A stretch of DNA of 62,387 nt, the filler included. It is 5 parts of 5 records of this genome, joined end to end, with 100 filler letters (N's around TTAATTAATTAA, not from the genome) between each part and the next. Parts side by side here need not be neighbours in the genome. Positions count along the whole stretch, not along the records: positions 1 to 23,310 come from DRR723986_8960; 4 more parts are not named here. One strand, written 5' to 3'. The position numbers were made by a program, and so were the translations under genes. Shown here in pieces: positions 10,106-19,207 of this stretch; within the stretch, counting starts at the first letter, position 1, and the number at the start of each line of letters is the position of its first letter. A model generated the notes under the pieces. The model was not told the DNA's origin. It worked only from the letters and a program-made list of their open reading frames with translations, and ran no database searches.

Positions 10106-10119
10106 TTGACTATGGTCAA
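10106..10119. promoter_or_regulatory. CRP/FNR-family box upstream of feoA
   Basis: TTGACtatgGTCAA, 56 bp before the feoA ATG. Confidence 0.85.
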
Positions 10120-10175
10120 TTGGGTCGGGTTCTCGCGGTGCTACGCCCTTATTCGGAACAAGAAGGGCCCTGCCA

Positions 10176-10544
10176 ATGTCTGAACCAATCCTGCAAACCG
10201 AAAGTAGACAAATAACGTCGCCGCCGACGGCCGACGGCGCGGATGTTCTGACGCTTGCGCATGCCGTGCCGGGCAAGGCGTATCACGTTGTCTGCCTGGG
10301 CGAGACACGCCACTCGCGCATGGAACTTCTTGCGGCCGGGCTTGCACCTGACACGGTCATCAATCTTCTTCGCGGCAACGGTTTGCGGCCGCGCATCGTG
10401 GCCTGTGGCGACATTCGCGCCGCCATCGGCGTGGATCTGGCCTTGTCGGTCCATCTCTCTCCTTGTGACTGCGGCTGCGGTTGCGACAGCAATCGCCAGA
10501 AGGAACAGGCACACGAACACGTTTTCCGGGGGAGGGACGTCTGA
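10176..10544 (+). CDS. feoA: FeoA-like ferrous iron transport protein with Cys-rich C-terminal tail
   Basis: SH3-like FeoA core (RMELLAAGLAPDTVINLL...AAIGVDLA) then CDCGCGC; stop overlaps the feoB start (TGATG). Confidence 0.75.
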   Translation: MSEPILQTESRQITSPPTADGADVLTLAHAVPGKAYHVVCLGETRHSRMELLAAGLAPDTVINLLRGNGLRPRIVACGDIRAAIGVDLALSVHLSPCDCGCGCDSNRQKEQAHEHVFRGRDV

Positions 10545-12925
10545 TGGGCTGTTCCAGTTGTGCCGCACCCGGTTGCGTTCGGCGGGACCTTCTGCCCTGT
10601 GCGCCGGCCCAGTACCGGGTTTTCCTGCTCGGCCCTGCCAATTCGGGCAAGTCCACGCTGTTCAACATGCTGACCGGCGCCCGGCAAACGATCGGCAACT
10701 GGCCCGGCGTGACCGTCGATCGAAAGAGCGGAACGGCTGTCATCAAGGGGCTGACCGTAGAATTCGTTGACCTGCCGGGAATCTCGAGCCTGTCCGCTCC
10801 CCAGGCGGAGCGGATAGATGAAAGGGTTGCCAGAGACGCGCTCGTCAACGTGGCGCACGATGCCCTGATTGTTGCGGTGGATCTGTCCGCGCCGCATCGC
10901 GGATTGTCCATGTTGCTGCAGGCCCGTGGCAACGGCGTGCCGGTTGTGGCGGTTCTGACGAAGGCCGACTGCTGGACGTCGGCTGCCGTGGACGCAGCCG
11001 CGCGGGTTCTGAGCGAACAATTGAATGTTCCAGTGGTTGCCGTTTCCGGCAGAACCCTTTCAGGGCTCGATCAGCTCCATGACCAGCTTGCACGTTGCCT
11101 GCAAGATCGGCAGCACGTTTCCTCTCCTCAGCAGACATCCTTGCCCGGCAAGGTCTGTGATGCCTTGGAGGCGTTGCAACGGGTACTGGACGGCAGGCCC
11201 GAATATGAAAACGCCAACACCGTTGCCGCATCGCGCCGGTTGATGGAACGGGACTGGCTGACGGAAAAACGCGCGAGACAAGACCTTCTTGAAATCCGTG
11301 ACCGGTTGATCGAGGAGACCGGACCTGTGGAAGGCGTGCCGCTCGACCAGTATCTGGCGGACGCGCCCCTTGCGCAGGCAACCCTTCTGGCGCGCCGCAT
11401 AGATATGCCGCCCCCTGCAGGTCGCAGATTTCTGTCTGACAGGTTCGACCGGATTGCCCTTTCGCCATGGTTCGGCCCGGTGCTGTTTCTTGGCGTTATG
11501 TATCTCCTGTTCTTCCTGACGATCAATGTGTCCGGCGTCTTCATCGATCTGTTCGACGGCCTCGGTCAGGCTGCCTTTGTCGATACGCCAGCGCTCGTTT
11601 TCCATCAGCTGGGGCTGTCCGGCACGGTTCTCGACATTGCCGTCAGCGCAATCGGTACCGGCATTCAGACGGTTGGGACCTTCGTGCCGGTGGTCGGGTT
11701 CCTGTTCCTGTGCCAGATCTTTCTGGAGGAAAGCGGATACATGACCCGCGCAGCCGTGGTCGCGGACCGTGTGATGCGTCGTCTGGGACTGTCGGGCCGC
11801 GCCTTCCTGCCGCTTGTGCTGGGCTTCGGATGCACAATTCCGGCGGTGCTGGCAACGCGAACACTCGACACGCGCGCCGAGCGCATTTTGACCTCGATGA
11901 TGGCGCCCTTCATGTCCTGCGGCGCGCGCCTTCCGGTCTATGCGCTGTTTGCCGCTGCTTTCTTCCCAGTTGGCGGCCAGAATGTTGTTTTCGCGCTGTA
12001 TCTGATCGGCATCGCGGCAGCGCTATTCACCGGCTGGATGTTGGCTCCCAGGCTGACCTTGCAGCGCCCCAGGCCTCTGGCAATCGAACTGCCGATCTAC
12101 CAGATGCCGCCGTTTTCCAGGGTCCTGCGGCTCTGCTGGGCCCGGATCCGGCAATTTGTTGCCGAGGCCGGAAAAACCATCGTGATCGTGGTTGCGCTAC
12201 TGTCGTTTCTGAATTCCGTCGGCCCCGATGGCAGCTTCGGCAATGAGGACAATGGCACCTCCATACTGGCGCTCACAGCCCGGCAGGTTACGCCCGTTCT
12301 TGAACCCATGGGCGTCAGTGCGGACAACTGGCCGGCAGCGGTCGGTCTTTTCACCGGCATGTTCGCAAAGGAAACCGTCGTGGGGACCCTGCAGGCTCTC
12401 TACGCCTCCGGCGAAACGGCAGGTGAAGTGGTTCCCAATCCGATGGATACCGCACAAGCCACTGTGCTTGCCCTGGGCGAATCCCTGCTCGGCCTGGCGG
12501 ATGCCCTGCTTGATCCGCTTGGACTGGATGTCGGTGACATTTCCAGTTTTGAAGCTGCGGCAGGCGAACAGAACGTCCAGCCAGCCGTCTTTGCTGAAAT
12601 GTCCAGGTATTTCGGCAGCCAGAGCGCTGCATTTGCCTACATGCTGGCCGTATTGCTCTACATCCCCTGCGTTGCGACCCTTTCAGCGATTGCTCGGGAA
12701 ATCGGTGCCGGTTGGGCCGTCTTTGCTGCGGCATGGACAACGTTTGTCGCCTATTCCGGTGCCACGATCGCCTATCAGCTCAGCCAGATCGGCAGCCACC
12801 CTGACCGCTCCCTTTTCTGGCTGGCGCTGATGACGGGACTGATCGGACTGACCTTCTTCATAAGCCGGACCGTTGGAAGAAGTGGTCCGTCCAAGGCGGA
12901 TTTTCGACCTTCCGCATCCGGGTGA
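10544..12925 (+). CDS. feoB: Ferrous iron transporter FeoB
   Basis: G1 GPANSGKS, G2 GNWPGVT, G3 DLPG; membrane domain LEESGYMTRAA, GFGC, PFMSCGARLPVY, AKETVVGTL, LYIPCVAT. Confidence 0.96.
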   Translation: MGCSSCAAPGCVRRDLLPCAPAQYRVFLLGPANSGKSTLFNMLTGARQTIGNWPGVTVDRKSGTAVIKGLTVEFVDLPGISSLSAPQAERIDERVARDALVNVAHDALIVAVDLSAPHRGLSMLLQARGNGVPVVAVLTKADCWTSAAVDAAARVLSEQLNVPVVAVSGRTLSGLDQLHDQLARCLQDRQHVSSPQQTSLPGKVCDALEALQRVLDGRPEYENANTVAASRRLMERDWLTEKRARQDLLEIRDRLIEETGPVEGVPLDQYLADAPLAQATLLARRIDMPPPAGRRFLSDRFDRIALSPWFGPVLFLGVMYLLFFLTINVSGVFIDLFDGLGQAAFVDTPALVFHQLGLSGTVLDIAVSAIGTGIQTVGTFVPVVGFLFLCQIFLEESGYMTRAAVVADRVMRRLGLSGRAFLPLVLGFGCTIPAVLATRTLDTRAERILTSMMAPFMSCGARLPVYALFAAAFFPVGGQNVVFALYLIGIAAALFTGWMLAPRLTLQRPRPLAIELPIYQMPPFSRVLRLCWARIRQFVAEAGKTIVIVVALLSFLNSVGPDGSFGNEDNGTSILALTARQVTPVLEPMGVSADNWPAAVGLFTGMFAKETVVGTLQALYASGETAGEVVPNPMDTAQATVLALGESLLGLADALLDPLGLDVGDISSFEAAAGEQNVQPAVFAEMSRYFGSQSAAFAYMLAVLLYIPCVATLSAIAREIGAGWAVFAAAWTTFVAYSGATIAYQLSQIGSHPDRSLFWLALMTGLIGLTFFISRTVGRSGPSKADFRPSASG

Positions 12926-13307
12926 ATTTTACCCTCATAACTAGAAAGTGCCAATTTGTGCCGTTGGGCGTTCGAGGGTGGCGAAAGGCGATCGATGCTG
13001 TGGGCATCTGCAAGGCCTTCGCTTCCCTGCGTCGATAAGAGTAGCCAAAAGGCATGTCTGAATGCTCATTTAGAGCAGTACCTTAGGCTCGTGGTTCATT
13101 GCCCGCCGTTCTGTCGAGTTGGACGGAGCGAGGTCAAAGTGACGGCATCGAAATTCGTTCTCCAAACAAGTGCAGATACCGAAACCTTAGGTAGTGGGAA
13201 TGCGGTTCCTGCTCTGGCCGAGATTGCGGCTGCAATGCTGTAGCGTCGCTGACGGACAGCGTTTCGACGTGGAAAATGTCATTTTTTGATATTATTCGAC
13301 TCTTACT

Positions 13308-13319
13308 TGACAAATGACA
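13308..13319. promoter_or_regulatory. Candidate operator of the SorC-family regulator upstream of the dhaKL gene
   Basis: TGACAAATGACA, one mismatch from TGACAAATGTCA; a weaker copy at 13270-13281; similar to the site at 18067. Confidence 0.4.
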
Positions 13320-13509
13320 AAATACGGATGAAGCATAGAGCCCATCAAGACCGGACCTGCACGTTCAGGGCGGCTCAGGGAGGAGCTAATCAGCGTCACT
13401 CTTGTCTCGGAAACTTCGGTTGGCCGAGCGCGGACCTTTGTTCAAAGGCGTCTCGCGCATGGCTTCCGGGGCTGAGCCCTTCTGTGACGTTTTTTCAAGC
13501 GGAAAGAGA

Positions 13510-15246
13510 ATGCAGAGATTTATCAACGACCCAGACAACCTCGTGGACGAGACCGTTGCCGGCTTCGTGAGGGCGCATAGCGACCTTGTCCGGCTGGATC
13601 CGGAAAACGACCGTGTTGTCGTGTCCACCACAGCGCCGCGGCCAGGTCGTGTGGGTATCGTCACTGGTGGTGGATCGGGTCACGAGCCGGCCTTTATCGG
13701 CTATACCGGCCGGAACCTTGTCGACGCCACCGCTGTTGGCGAGCTGTTCTCCTCACCGACAGCCAAGAGCTTTGCCGATGCGATCCGCGCCGCCGATGGC
13801 GGCAAGGGTGTTGCCGTCCTTTATGGCAATTATGCCGGCGACAACATGAACGTGAAAATGGCCAAGGAAATGGTGGCTCCCGACGGCATCGAGGTCGTTA
13901 CGGTGGTGGCCAACGACGACGTCTGCTCAGCGCCGCTTGCCGAGCGGGAAAAGCGCCGGGGTGTCGCCGGAGAAATCTTCATGTGGAAGATCGGCGGAGC
14001 GAAGGCTGCGCTCGGCGGGTCATTGACGGAAGTGCAGGCGGCCGCGCAAAAGGCAATCGATGCCTGCCGGTCCGTTGGTGTGGGTCTCGGGCCCTGCACC
14101 TTGCCCGCTGTGGGTCATCCCAATTTTTCGATCGAAGCCGGTACGATGGAAGTCGGCATAGGTCACCACGGCGAACCCGGTGTTCGTGTCGAAAAGCTCG
14201 CTTCTGCCGATGCCGTGGCTGACGACATGCTGAAGATCGTTCTCGATGATCACGGACTTGAGGACGGTGCGGAAGTCGCCGTGCTTGTTTCGGGTCTCGG
14301 TGCCACGCCCGTGAACGAGCTATATGTCCTCTACAACCGCATCGAGACACGTCTCCAGGTGCAGGGCATTCGTGTTCACAAGGCGTTTGTCGGCAACTAC
14401 TTCACCTCGCTGGAAATGATTGGTGCGACCTTGACGGTCATGGCGCTCGACAGTGAGCTGAAAGAGCTGCTGGACATGGCCGCCGAGGCACCGGGCATGT
14501 CGACAGGAAAGGTCGAAGCGCCGGACGTTACCGAAGGCGCTCCGACCCACAGGTCACGGGGAAGCCGAAAAGAAGCGCGGTCCACCGTCGCAAAGGATGT
14601 CACCATAGAGGGACCTTCTGTGCCTGTTGCAGGATCTCAGGAGATCGTAGCGGAAGTTGCCGAGGTGATCGTCGCGAACAAGGCCTATCTTTCCGAAATC
14701 GACGGTCTGATCGGGGACGGTGATCACGGGATCAACATGGCCAAGGGGTTTGGTCGTGCCGCGGAGCGTATTTCCGGCAAGTCCCTTTCACTTGATGAGG
14801 CGATGAGCGTTCTGTCCGATGTCCTGATGAGCGAGATCGGCGGATCCATGGGGCCATTGTACGGCTTCATGTTCCAGGAAATGGCAACGACCGTTCAGGG
14901 GCGCCCCGCCATCGATGCCGACGGGTTCTCGGCCGTTCTCAATGCCGCGCTTGAAGGCGTCCGCCGGACCGGTTCGGCAAAGGTCGGCGACAAGACACTG
15001 ATCGACACGCTTGTTCCGGCGGTCGAAGCCTTTGACGGTGCGAAATCGCAAGGGTTCGTTGCTGCCCTTGCCGCCATGCGCAAGGCCGCAGAACAGGGAC
15101 GTGACAGCACGATCGATCTGGTCGCGAAGATCGGACGTGCCAGCCGTCTGGGCGAACGATCGCGCGGTGTGCTGGACGCAGGCGCGACATCCTGCTGCCT
15201 TATCCTGGTGGCACTGGCCGACTCACTTGAAAAGAGGCTGGGCTAA
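13510..15246 (+). CDS. Dihydroxyacetone-kinase family DhaK-DhaL fusion (DAK1+DAK2)
   Basis: GGGSGHEPAF, NYAGDNMN, GIGHHGEPG, TSLEM, a linker, then a DhaL domain (IDGLIGDGDHGINM, GDKTLID, GRASRLGERS..DAGA). Confidence 0.92.
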   Translation: MQRFINDPDNLVDETVAGFVRAHSDLVRLDPENDRVVVSTTAPRPGRVGIVTGGGSGHEPAFIGYTGRNLVDATAVGELFSSPTAKSFADAIRAADGGKGVAVLYGNYAGDNMNVKMAKEMVAPDGIEVVTVVANDDVCSAPLAEREKRRGVAGEIFMWKIGGAKAALGGSLTEVQAAAQKAIDACRSVGVGLGPCTLPAVGHPNFSIEAGTMEVGIGHHGEPGVRVEKLASADAVADDMLKIVLDDHGLEDGAEVAVLVSGLGATPVNELYVLYNRIETRLQVQGIRVHKAFVGNYFTSLEMIGATLTVMALDSELKELLDMAAEAPGMSTGKVEAPDVTEGAPTHRSRGSRKEARSTVAKDVTIEGPSVPVAGSQEIVAEVAEVIVANKAYLSEIDGLIGDGDHGINMAKGFGRAAERISGKSLSLDEAMSVLSDVLMSEIGGSMGPLYGFMFQEMATTVQGRPAIDADGFSAVLNAALEGVRRTGSAKVGDKTLIDTLVPAVEAFDGAKSQGFVAALAAMRKAAEQGRDSTIDLVAKIGRASRLGERSRGVLDAGATSCCLILVALADSLEKRLG

Positions 15247-15265
15247 ACGGAGCAGCAGACGAACC

Positions 15266-15928
15266 ATGACAAACCTCAACGCAACGCAAATGACCGAATT
15301 GCTCCGCATCGTCTCGATGCGGATCGACGAAGCAAGTGCCGAACTTGGTGCTCTGGATGGCGCCATCGGTGACGCCGACCATGGGAACACCATGGCACGC
15401 GGATTTGCCGCGGTCGTTACCGCATGCGTTGAGGCTGCAAACCAGGACGTGAAGGCCGGTGCCCTGTTGCCGATTGCAGGACGCTCGTTCCTGAATGCCG
15501 TCGGTGCAACGACCGGCCCGCTTTATGCCAGCGCCTTCCTTCGGGCCGGTCAGGCGTTTGATGCGCAGCAGGATATTCCGGTGGATCGTCTCCCGGAGAT
15601 GGTCGTCTGCTTCTGCGACGGGATTGCACAACGGGGCAAGGCGACCCCCGGCGACAAGACCATGCTGGACGCCTGGGGACCGGCTGCGCGTGCCGTAACA
15701 GAAGCACAGCAGAATGGCGCTGGTCCGGTTGCTTGCCTCGATGCCGCGCTGGAGGCCGCGAGCGAAGGGCGAGAAGCCACGCGCGCCATGGTCGCCTCCG
15801 TCGGCCGGGCCGCAAGACTGGGTGAAAGATCGCTCGGGCATGTCGACCCGGGAGCCGCCTCCGCAGTCATCATCATTGCCGCATTGCGCGAGGGCCTCGC
15901 GAACCTCCTGCAAGGGGAGGCAAGCTGA
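15266..15928 (+). CDS. dhaL: Stand-alone DhaL (DAK2) subunit
   Basis: LDGAIGDADHG, GDKTMLDAW, GRAARLGERSLGHVDPGA. Start at ATG 15266. Confidence 0.9.
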   Translation: MTNLNATQMTELLRIVSMRIDEASAELGALDGAIGDADHGNTMARGFAAVVTACVEAANQDVKAGALLPIAGRSFLNAVGATTGPLYASAFLRAGQAFDAQQDIPVDRLPEMVVCFCDGIAQRGKATPGDKTMLDAWGPAARAVTEAQQNGAGPVACLDAALEAASEGREATRAMVASVGRAARLGERSLGHVDPGAASAVIIIAALREGLANLLQGEAS

Positions 15929-18015
15929 TGGTGAAGCGTTCCGGCGGGAAATCCGACAAGGCCGTCCTGAGTGAAATGCCGATGCGGTTCGGCGACGATC
16001 CGCTGCTGTGGGCTGCCTGGCTCTATTACGAAGATGGCATGACCCAGGCGGACATCGCCAACCTCATGGGGCTTTCCCGGGCGTCGGTAAATACCTATCT
16101 GGCCGATGCGCGTACGCGTGGGCTGGTAAATATCGAGATCGAACCGGATCGTTTCCGTTCGGTCATGATCGCAAAGGCCATGAAGGACCGCTTCAACCTG
16201 CAGGATTGCCTGGTCATCCCCAGCGAAGGCGGTGATCGCTCTCTGTTCGAACGGCTTGGCGCTGCAGGTGCGCAGGTGCTCAAGAGGCTGGTGCGCGCCG
16301 GCGATACGATTGCAGTGGCCTGGGGCCGGTCTGTTCTGTCCCTTGCCGAGGAATTGCACCATCCGGGCCTTGCCGACATTCGCGTCGTTCAGGCGTCCGG
16401 CAGCACGACGGCGCGTATACCCTGGACCCCGGAGGCCTGCGCCGCCCGCCTTGCCGAAGCGCTCGGGGCTCGTTGGGTGCCCTTGTCGGCACCTGCCATC
16501 GTATCCTCGCCGGAAATGCGCGAACGACTGCTGGCCGAAACCGTTTTGTCCGAGCAGATGGTCGTTCTTTCGGAAGCCAATCGCATCGTGATGGGCATTT
16601 CGTCGATGCGCCCGGAAAGCACAATTCACACAAGCGGCTTTCTCGACGGGGTCGACCAGCAAGCGCATTATCAGGACGCGGTCGGCAGCGTCAGCGGGCG
16701 CTTCATCTCGGCACGTGGGGAACCGGTCATCGGTCCGGTCAACGATCGGACGATCGGCCTTGATCTTGCAGCGTTGCGGGCAATCCCGCAGCGCATTGCC
16801 GTTGCCGGCGGCATTGAAAAGGTTTCGGCGATCCTTGCTGCGCTGCGTGGCGGATACGTCAACGTGCTGATCACCGATGCGGCCAGTGCAAGAGGTGTGC
16901 TCACGGCGGATGGCTGGCAGGAGCCGAAGCGGCGTTCGCAAGTCCCGGCCCCTGTTGTCGACGGGGCTGCACCGCGCGTCCATCACGGCGGCGACAAGAA
17001 ACTGATCAACGAAGCACGGGACATTGTCGACGAGAGTATCGACGGTCTTCTGCTGGCGCATGAACCCTTGCTTGCCAAGGTTCCGGGGACCCATCGTGCC
17101 GTGATGGTGCGGCACGGGCCGAGGTCCGGCAAGGTCGGCATCGTCATAGGGGGCGGTTCGGGCCATGACCCCGGGTTCTGGGGTTATGTCGGCCAGGGCT
17201 GCGCTGATGCTGCCGTCATGGGCAACATCTTTGCCGCGCCGCCGCCTGATCCGATTCTGGCTGCGAGCCGTGCAGTTCATGGCGATGCCGGGCTTCTTTA
17301 TATCTACGGAAACTTCTCCGGTGACGTCATGAACTTCGACATGGCTGCCGAAATGGCGGCCGCGGAGGGAATTCGTGTTCGTCAGGTTGTGACGACAGAC
17401 GACATCGCCTCGTCACCACCGGATGCCCGCGGGTCGCGCCGGGGTGTTGCCGGCAACGTCTTCGTTTTCAAGATCGCGGGGGCTGCGGCAGATCTCAATG
17501 CCTCGCTCGAGGCCTGCGAAATCGTTGCGCGGCGCGCGGCCGACTGTACCTACACGATGGGTCTGGCCCTGGAGCCGGTAAGGCTGCCCGATACCCGTCA
17601 GCCGAGTTACGAGGTCGGTCCGGACGAGATGGAGATCGGGGTCGGCATCCACGGTGAACCCGGTGTGATGCGGCAGAAGATCGTCAAGGCGGATGATGCC
17701 GCGGATCTGCTTCTGGACCGCATTCTGAGCGAGATGGCACCGGTGCGCGGCGATCGCGTGGCGCTGCTCATCAACTCGCTCGGCGGCACCCAGACGATGG
17801 AACTCTACATTCTGGCACGCCGTGTTCGCCAGCGTCTGAAGGCGCATGGCATCGGCGTTCACCGCACCTTCGTCGGACCGTATTTCACCTCGCTGGACAT
17901 GAAGGGAGTGTCGCTCTCGCTGATGAAGCTGGACGACGAGCTTATCACCCTTCTCGACCATCCCTGCCACACTCCTGCACTGACGGAACTCGGTGAGCAG
18001 AAGGGTGGAAAATGA
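15928..18015 (+). CDS. SorC/DeoR-type sugar-binding transcriptional regulator fused to a DhaK domain
   Basis: N-terminal AAWLYYEDGMTQADIA..GLSRASV HTH, sugar-binding domain (VAWGRS; IAVAGG..KV.AI.AAL.GGYVNVLITD), then a full DhaK domain (GGGSGHDP, NFSGDVMNF, GIHGEPG, TSLDM). Confidence 0.92.
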   Translation: MVKRSGGKSDKAVLSEMPMRFGDDPLLWAAWLYYEDGMTQADIANLMGLSRASVNTYLADARTRGLVNIEIEPDRFRSVMIAKAMKDRFNLQDCLVIPSEGGDRSLFERLGAAGAQVLKRLVRAGDTIAVAWGRSVLSLAEELHHPGLADIRVVQASGSTTARIPWTPEACAARLAEALGARWVPLSAPAIVSSPEMRERLLAETVLSEQMVVLSEANRIVMGISSMRPESTIHTSGFLDGVDQQAHYQDAVGSVSGRFISARGEPVIGPVNDRTIGLDLAALRAIPQRIAVAGGIEKVSAILAALRGGYVNVLITDAASARGVLTADGWQEPKRRSQVPAPVVDGAAPRVHHGGDKKLINEARDIVDESIDGLLLAHEPLLAKVPGTHRAVMVRHGPRSGKVGIVIGGGSGHDPGFWGYVGQGCADAAVMGNIFAAPPPDPILAASRAVHGDAGLLYIYGNFSGDVMNFDMAAEMAAAEGIRVRQVVTTDDIASSPPDARGSRRGVAGNVFVFKIAGAAADLNASLEACEIVARRAADCTYTMGLALEPVRLPDTRQPSYEVGPDEMEIGVGIHGEPGVMRQKIVKADDAADLLLDRILSEMAPVRGDRVALLINSLGGTQTMELYILARRVRQRLKAHGIGVHRTFVGPYFTSLDMKGVSLSLMKLDDELITLLDHPCHTPALTELGEQKGGK

Positions 18016-18066
18016 CGAAAAGACAATGGGTTAAAGGTGAATTGTCAAACCTTGAATCAGAGTGAT

Positions 18067-18078
18067 TGACATTTGTCA
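18067..18078. promoter_or_regulatory. Candidate operator upstream of the ABC transporter operon
   Basis: TGACATTTGTCA inverted repeat overlapping a TTGACA -35-like hexamer in an AT-rich intergenic region. Confidence 0.5.
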
Positions 18079-18143
18079 GATACCCTTGTCTAAATACAAT
18101 TAACGATCCGGAGTGCAAACGCTCCGGCCCCTGGGAGGAAAGA

Positions 18144-19127
18144 TTGTTGCCTAGAGCTGACCGACAGACGGTGTTTTTGGCGCTGATCAATGTGATCGTG
18201 CTGGTCACCGGTGCCCTGCTTGCAGGTGCCAATTTTATCGACAGCTATAACCTGCAGATCATGGCTGCCCAGGTACCGGAGCTCGGCCTGCTGGCGCTTG
18301 GCGTGACCCTGGCCATGATCTCCGGGAACGGCGGTATCGATCTTTCCGGTATCGCCCTGGCCAATCTTTCCGGCATCGTTTCGTTTCTGGTCGTTCGTGC
18401 ACTTGTCGTGCCGGGTGACGATCCGCTGCTGTTCTCCTGGACGTTCGCCGGCGTTGCAATTGCGGTCGGTCTCGTCGGTGGTCTTCTGAATGGAATAGTC
18501 ATCGCCTTTGCCGGTCTGACGCCGCTGATCGCGACACTCGGCACCCAGCTGCTGTTCACCGGTGTCGCCGTCTGGCTGACCAACGGATCGGCACTCAGCC
18601 TCGGATATATTCCGCCGCTCGACAGCTTTGGAAACCTGCCCGTTCTCGGCGTTCCCCTGTGCTTCACGCTGTTTGTCGTGGTGGCCGCGCTGATTGCCTA
18701 TGTCCTGCGCTATACGCCCTTCGGTGTGAAGCTGATGCTGCTCGGGTCGAATGCGAAGGCCGCTCACTATGGCGGTATTCCGGCCCGCCGCATGATCGTG
18801 ATCACCTATACGATCTGCGGAATTCTGGCCTCTATCGCGGGTGTCGTCATCGCTTCACGCAATCTGTCCGTCAAATGGGATTACGGCAGCTCCTATGTCC
18901 TCATCGCGATCCTGATTGCGGTTTTGGGTGGCGTGAAGCCGGAAGGCGGATACGGCAAGGTGCTGTGCGTTCTTCTTGCGGCAACGGCGCTGCAGATCCT
19001 GTCGAGCCTGTTCAACTTTCTCGGAATCTCGAACTTCTTCCGCGACCTTGCCTGGGGTGTCCTTCTGCTCGCCCTGCTGGCCTCGGCTCGCGTGAACTTC
19101 AGCATCTGGTTGCCATCAAGGCAATGA
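18144..19127 (+). CDS. Monosaccharide ABC transporter permease (RbsC family)
   Basis: GGIDLS, PLIATLGT, GSNAKAAHYGGI, AVLGG; TTG start after GGAGG. Confidence 0.9.
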   Translation: MLPRADRQTVFLALINVIVLVTGALLAGANFIDSYNLQIMAAQVPELGLLALGVTLAMISGNGGIDLSGIALANLSGIVSFLVVRALVVPGDDPLLFSWTFAGVAIAVGLVGGLLNGIVIAFAGLTPLIATLGTQLLFTGVAVWLTNGSALSLGYIPPLDSFGNLPVLGVPLCFTLFVVVAALIAYVLRYTPFGVKLMLLGSNAKAAHYGGIPARRMIVITYTICGILASIAGVVIASRNLSVKWDYGSSYVLIAILIAVLGGVKPEGGYGKVLCVLLAATALQILSSLFNFLGISNFFRDLAWGVLLLALLASARVNFSIWLPSRQ

Positions 19128-19207
19128 ACGGATGCGCCGCGGGCCTGAGGGCATCCCGGGCGGCGCAAGAATGAACAGCCCTTTTAAAAAACCGTGGAGG
19201 AAAGACT

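Noticed and set aside
13211-13226. Short similarity GCTCTGG(G)CCGAGATT shared with 52422-52438
   Set aside because: Only about 16 bp with a gap, on different contigs; could be chance, and no element boundaries could be defined.
15550-17280. Long antisense ORFs (576 aa here; also 19214-20230, 33715-34740, 37450-38472, 57088-58542 and others)
   Set aside because: Shadow or alternate-frame ORFs of well-supported genes in GC-rich DNA; no recognisable motifs.
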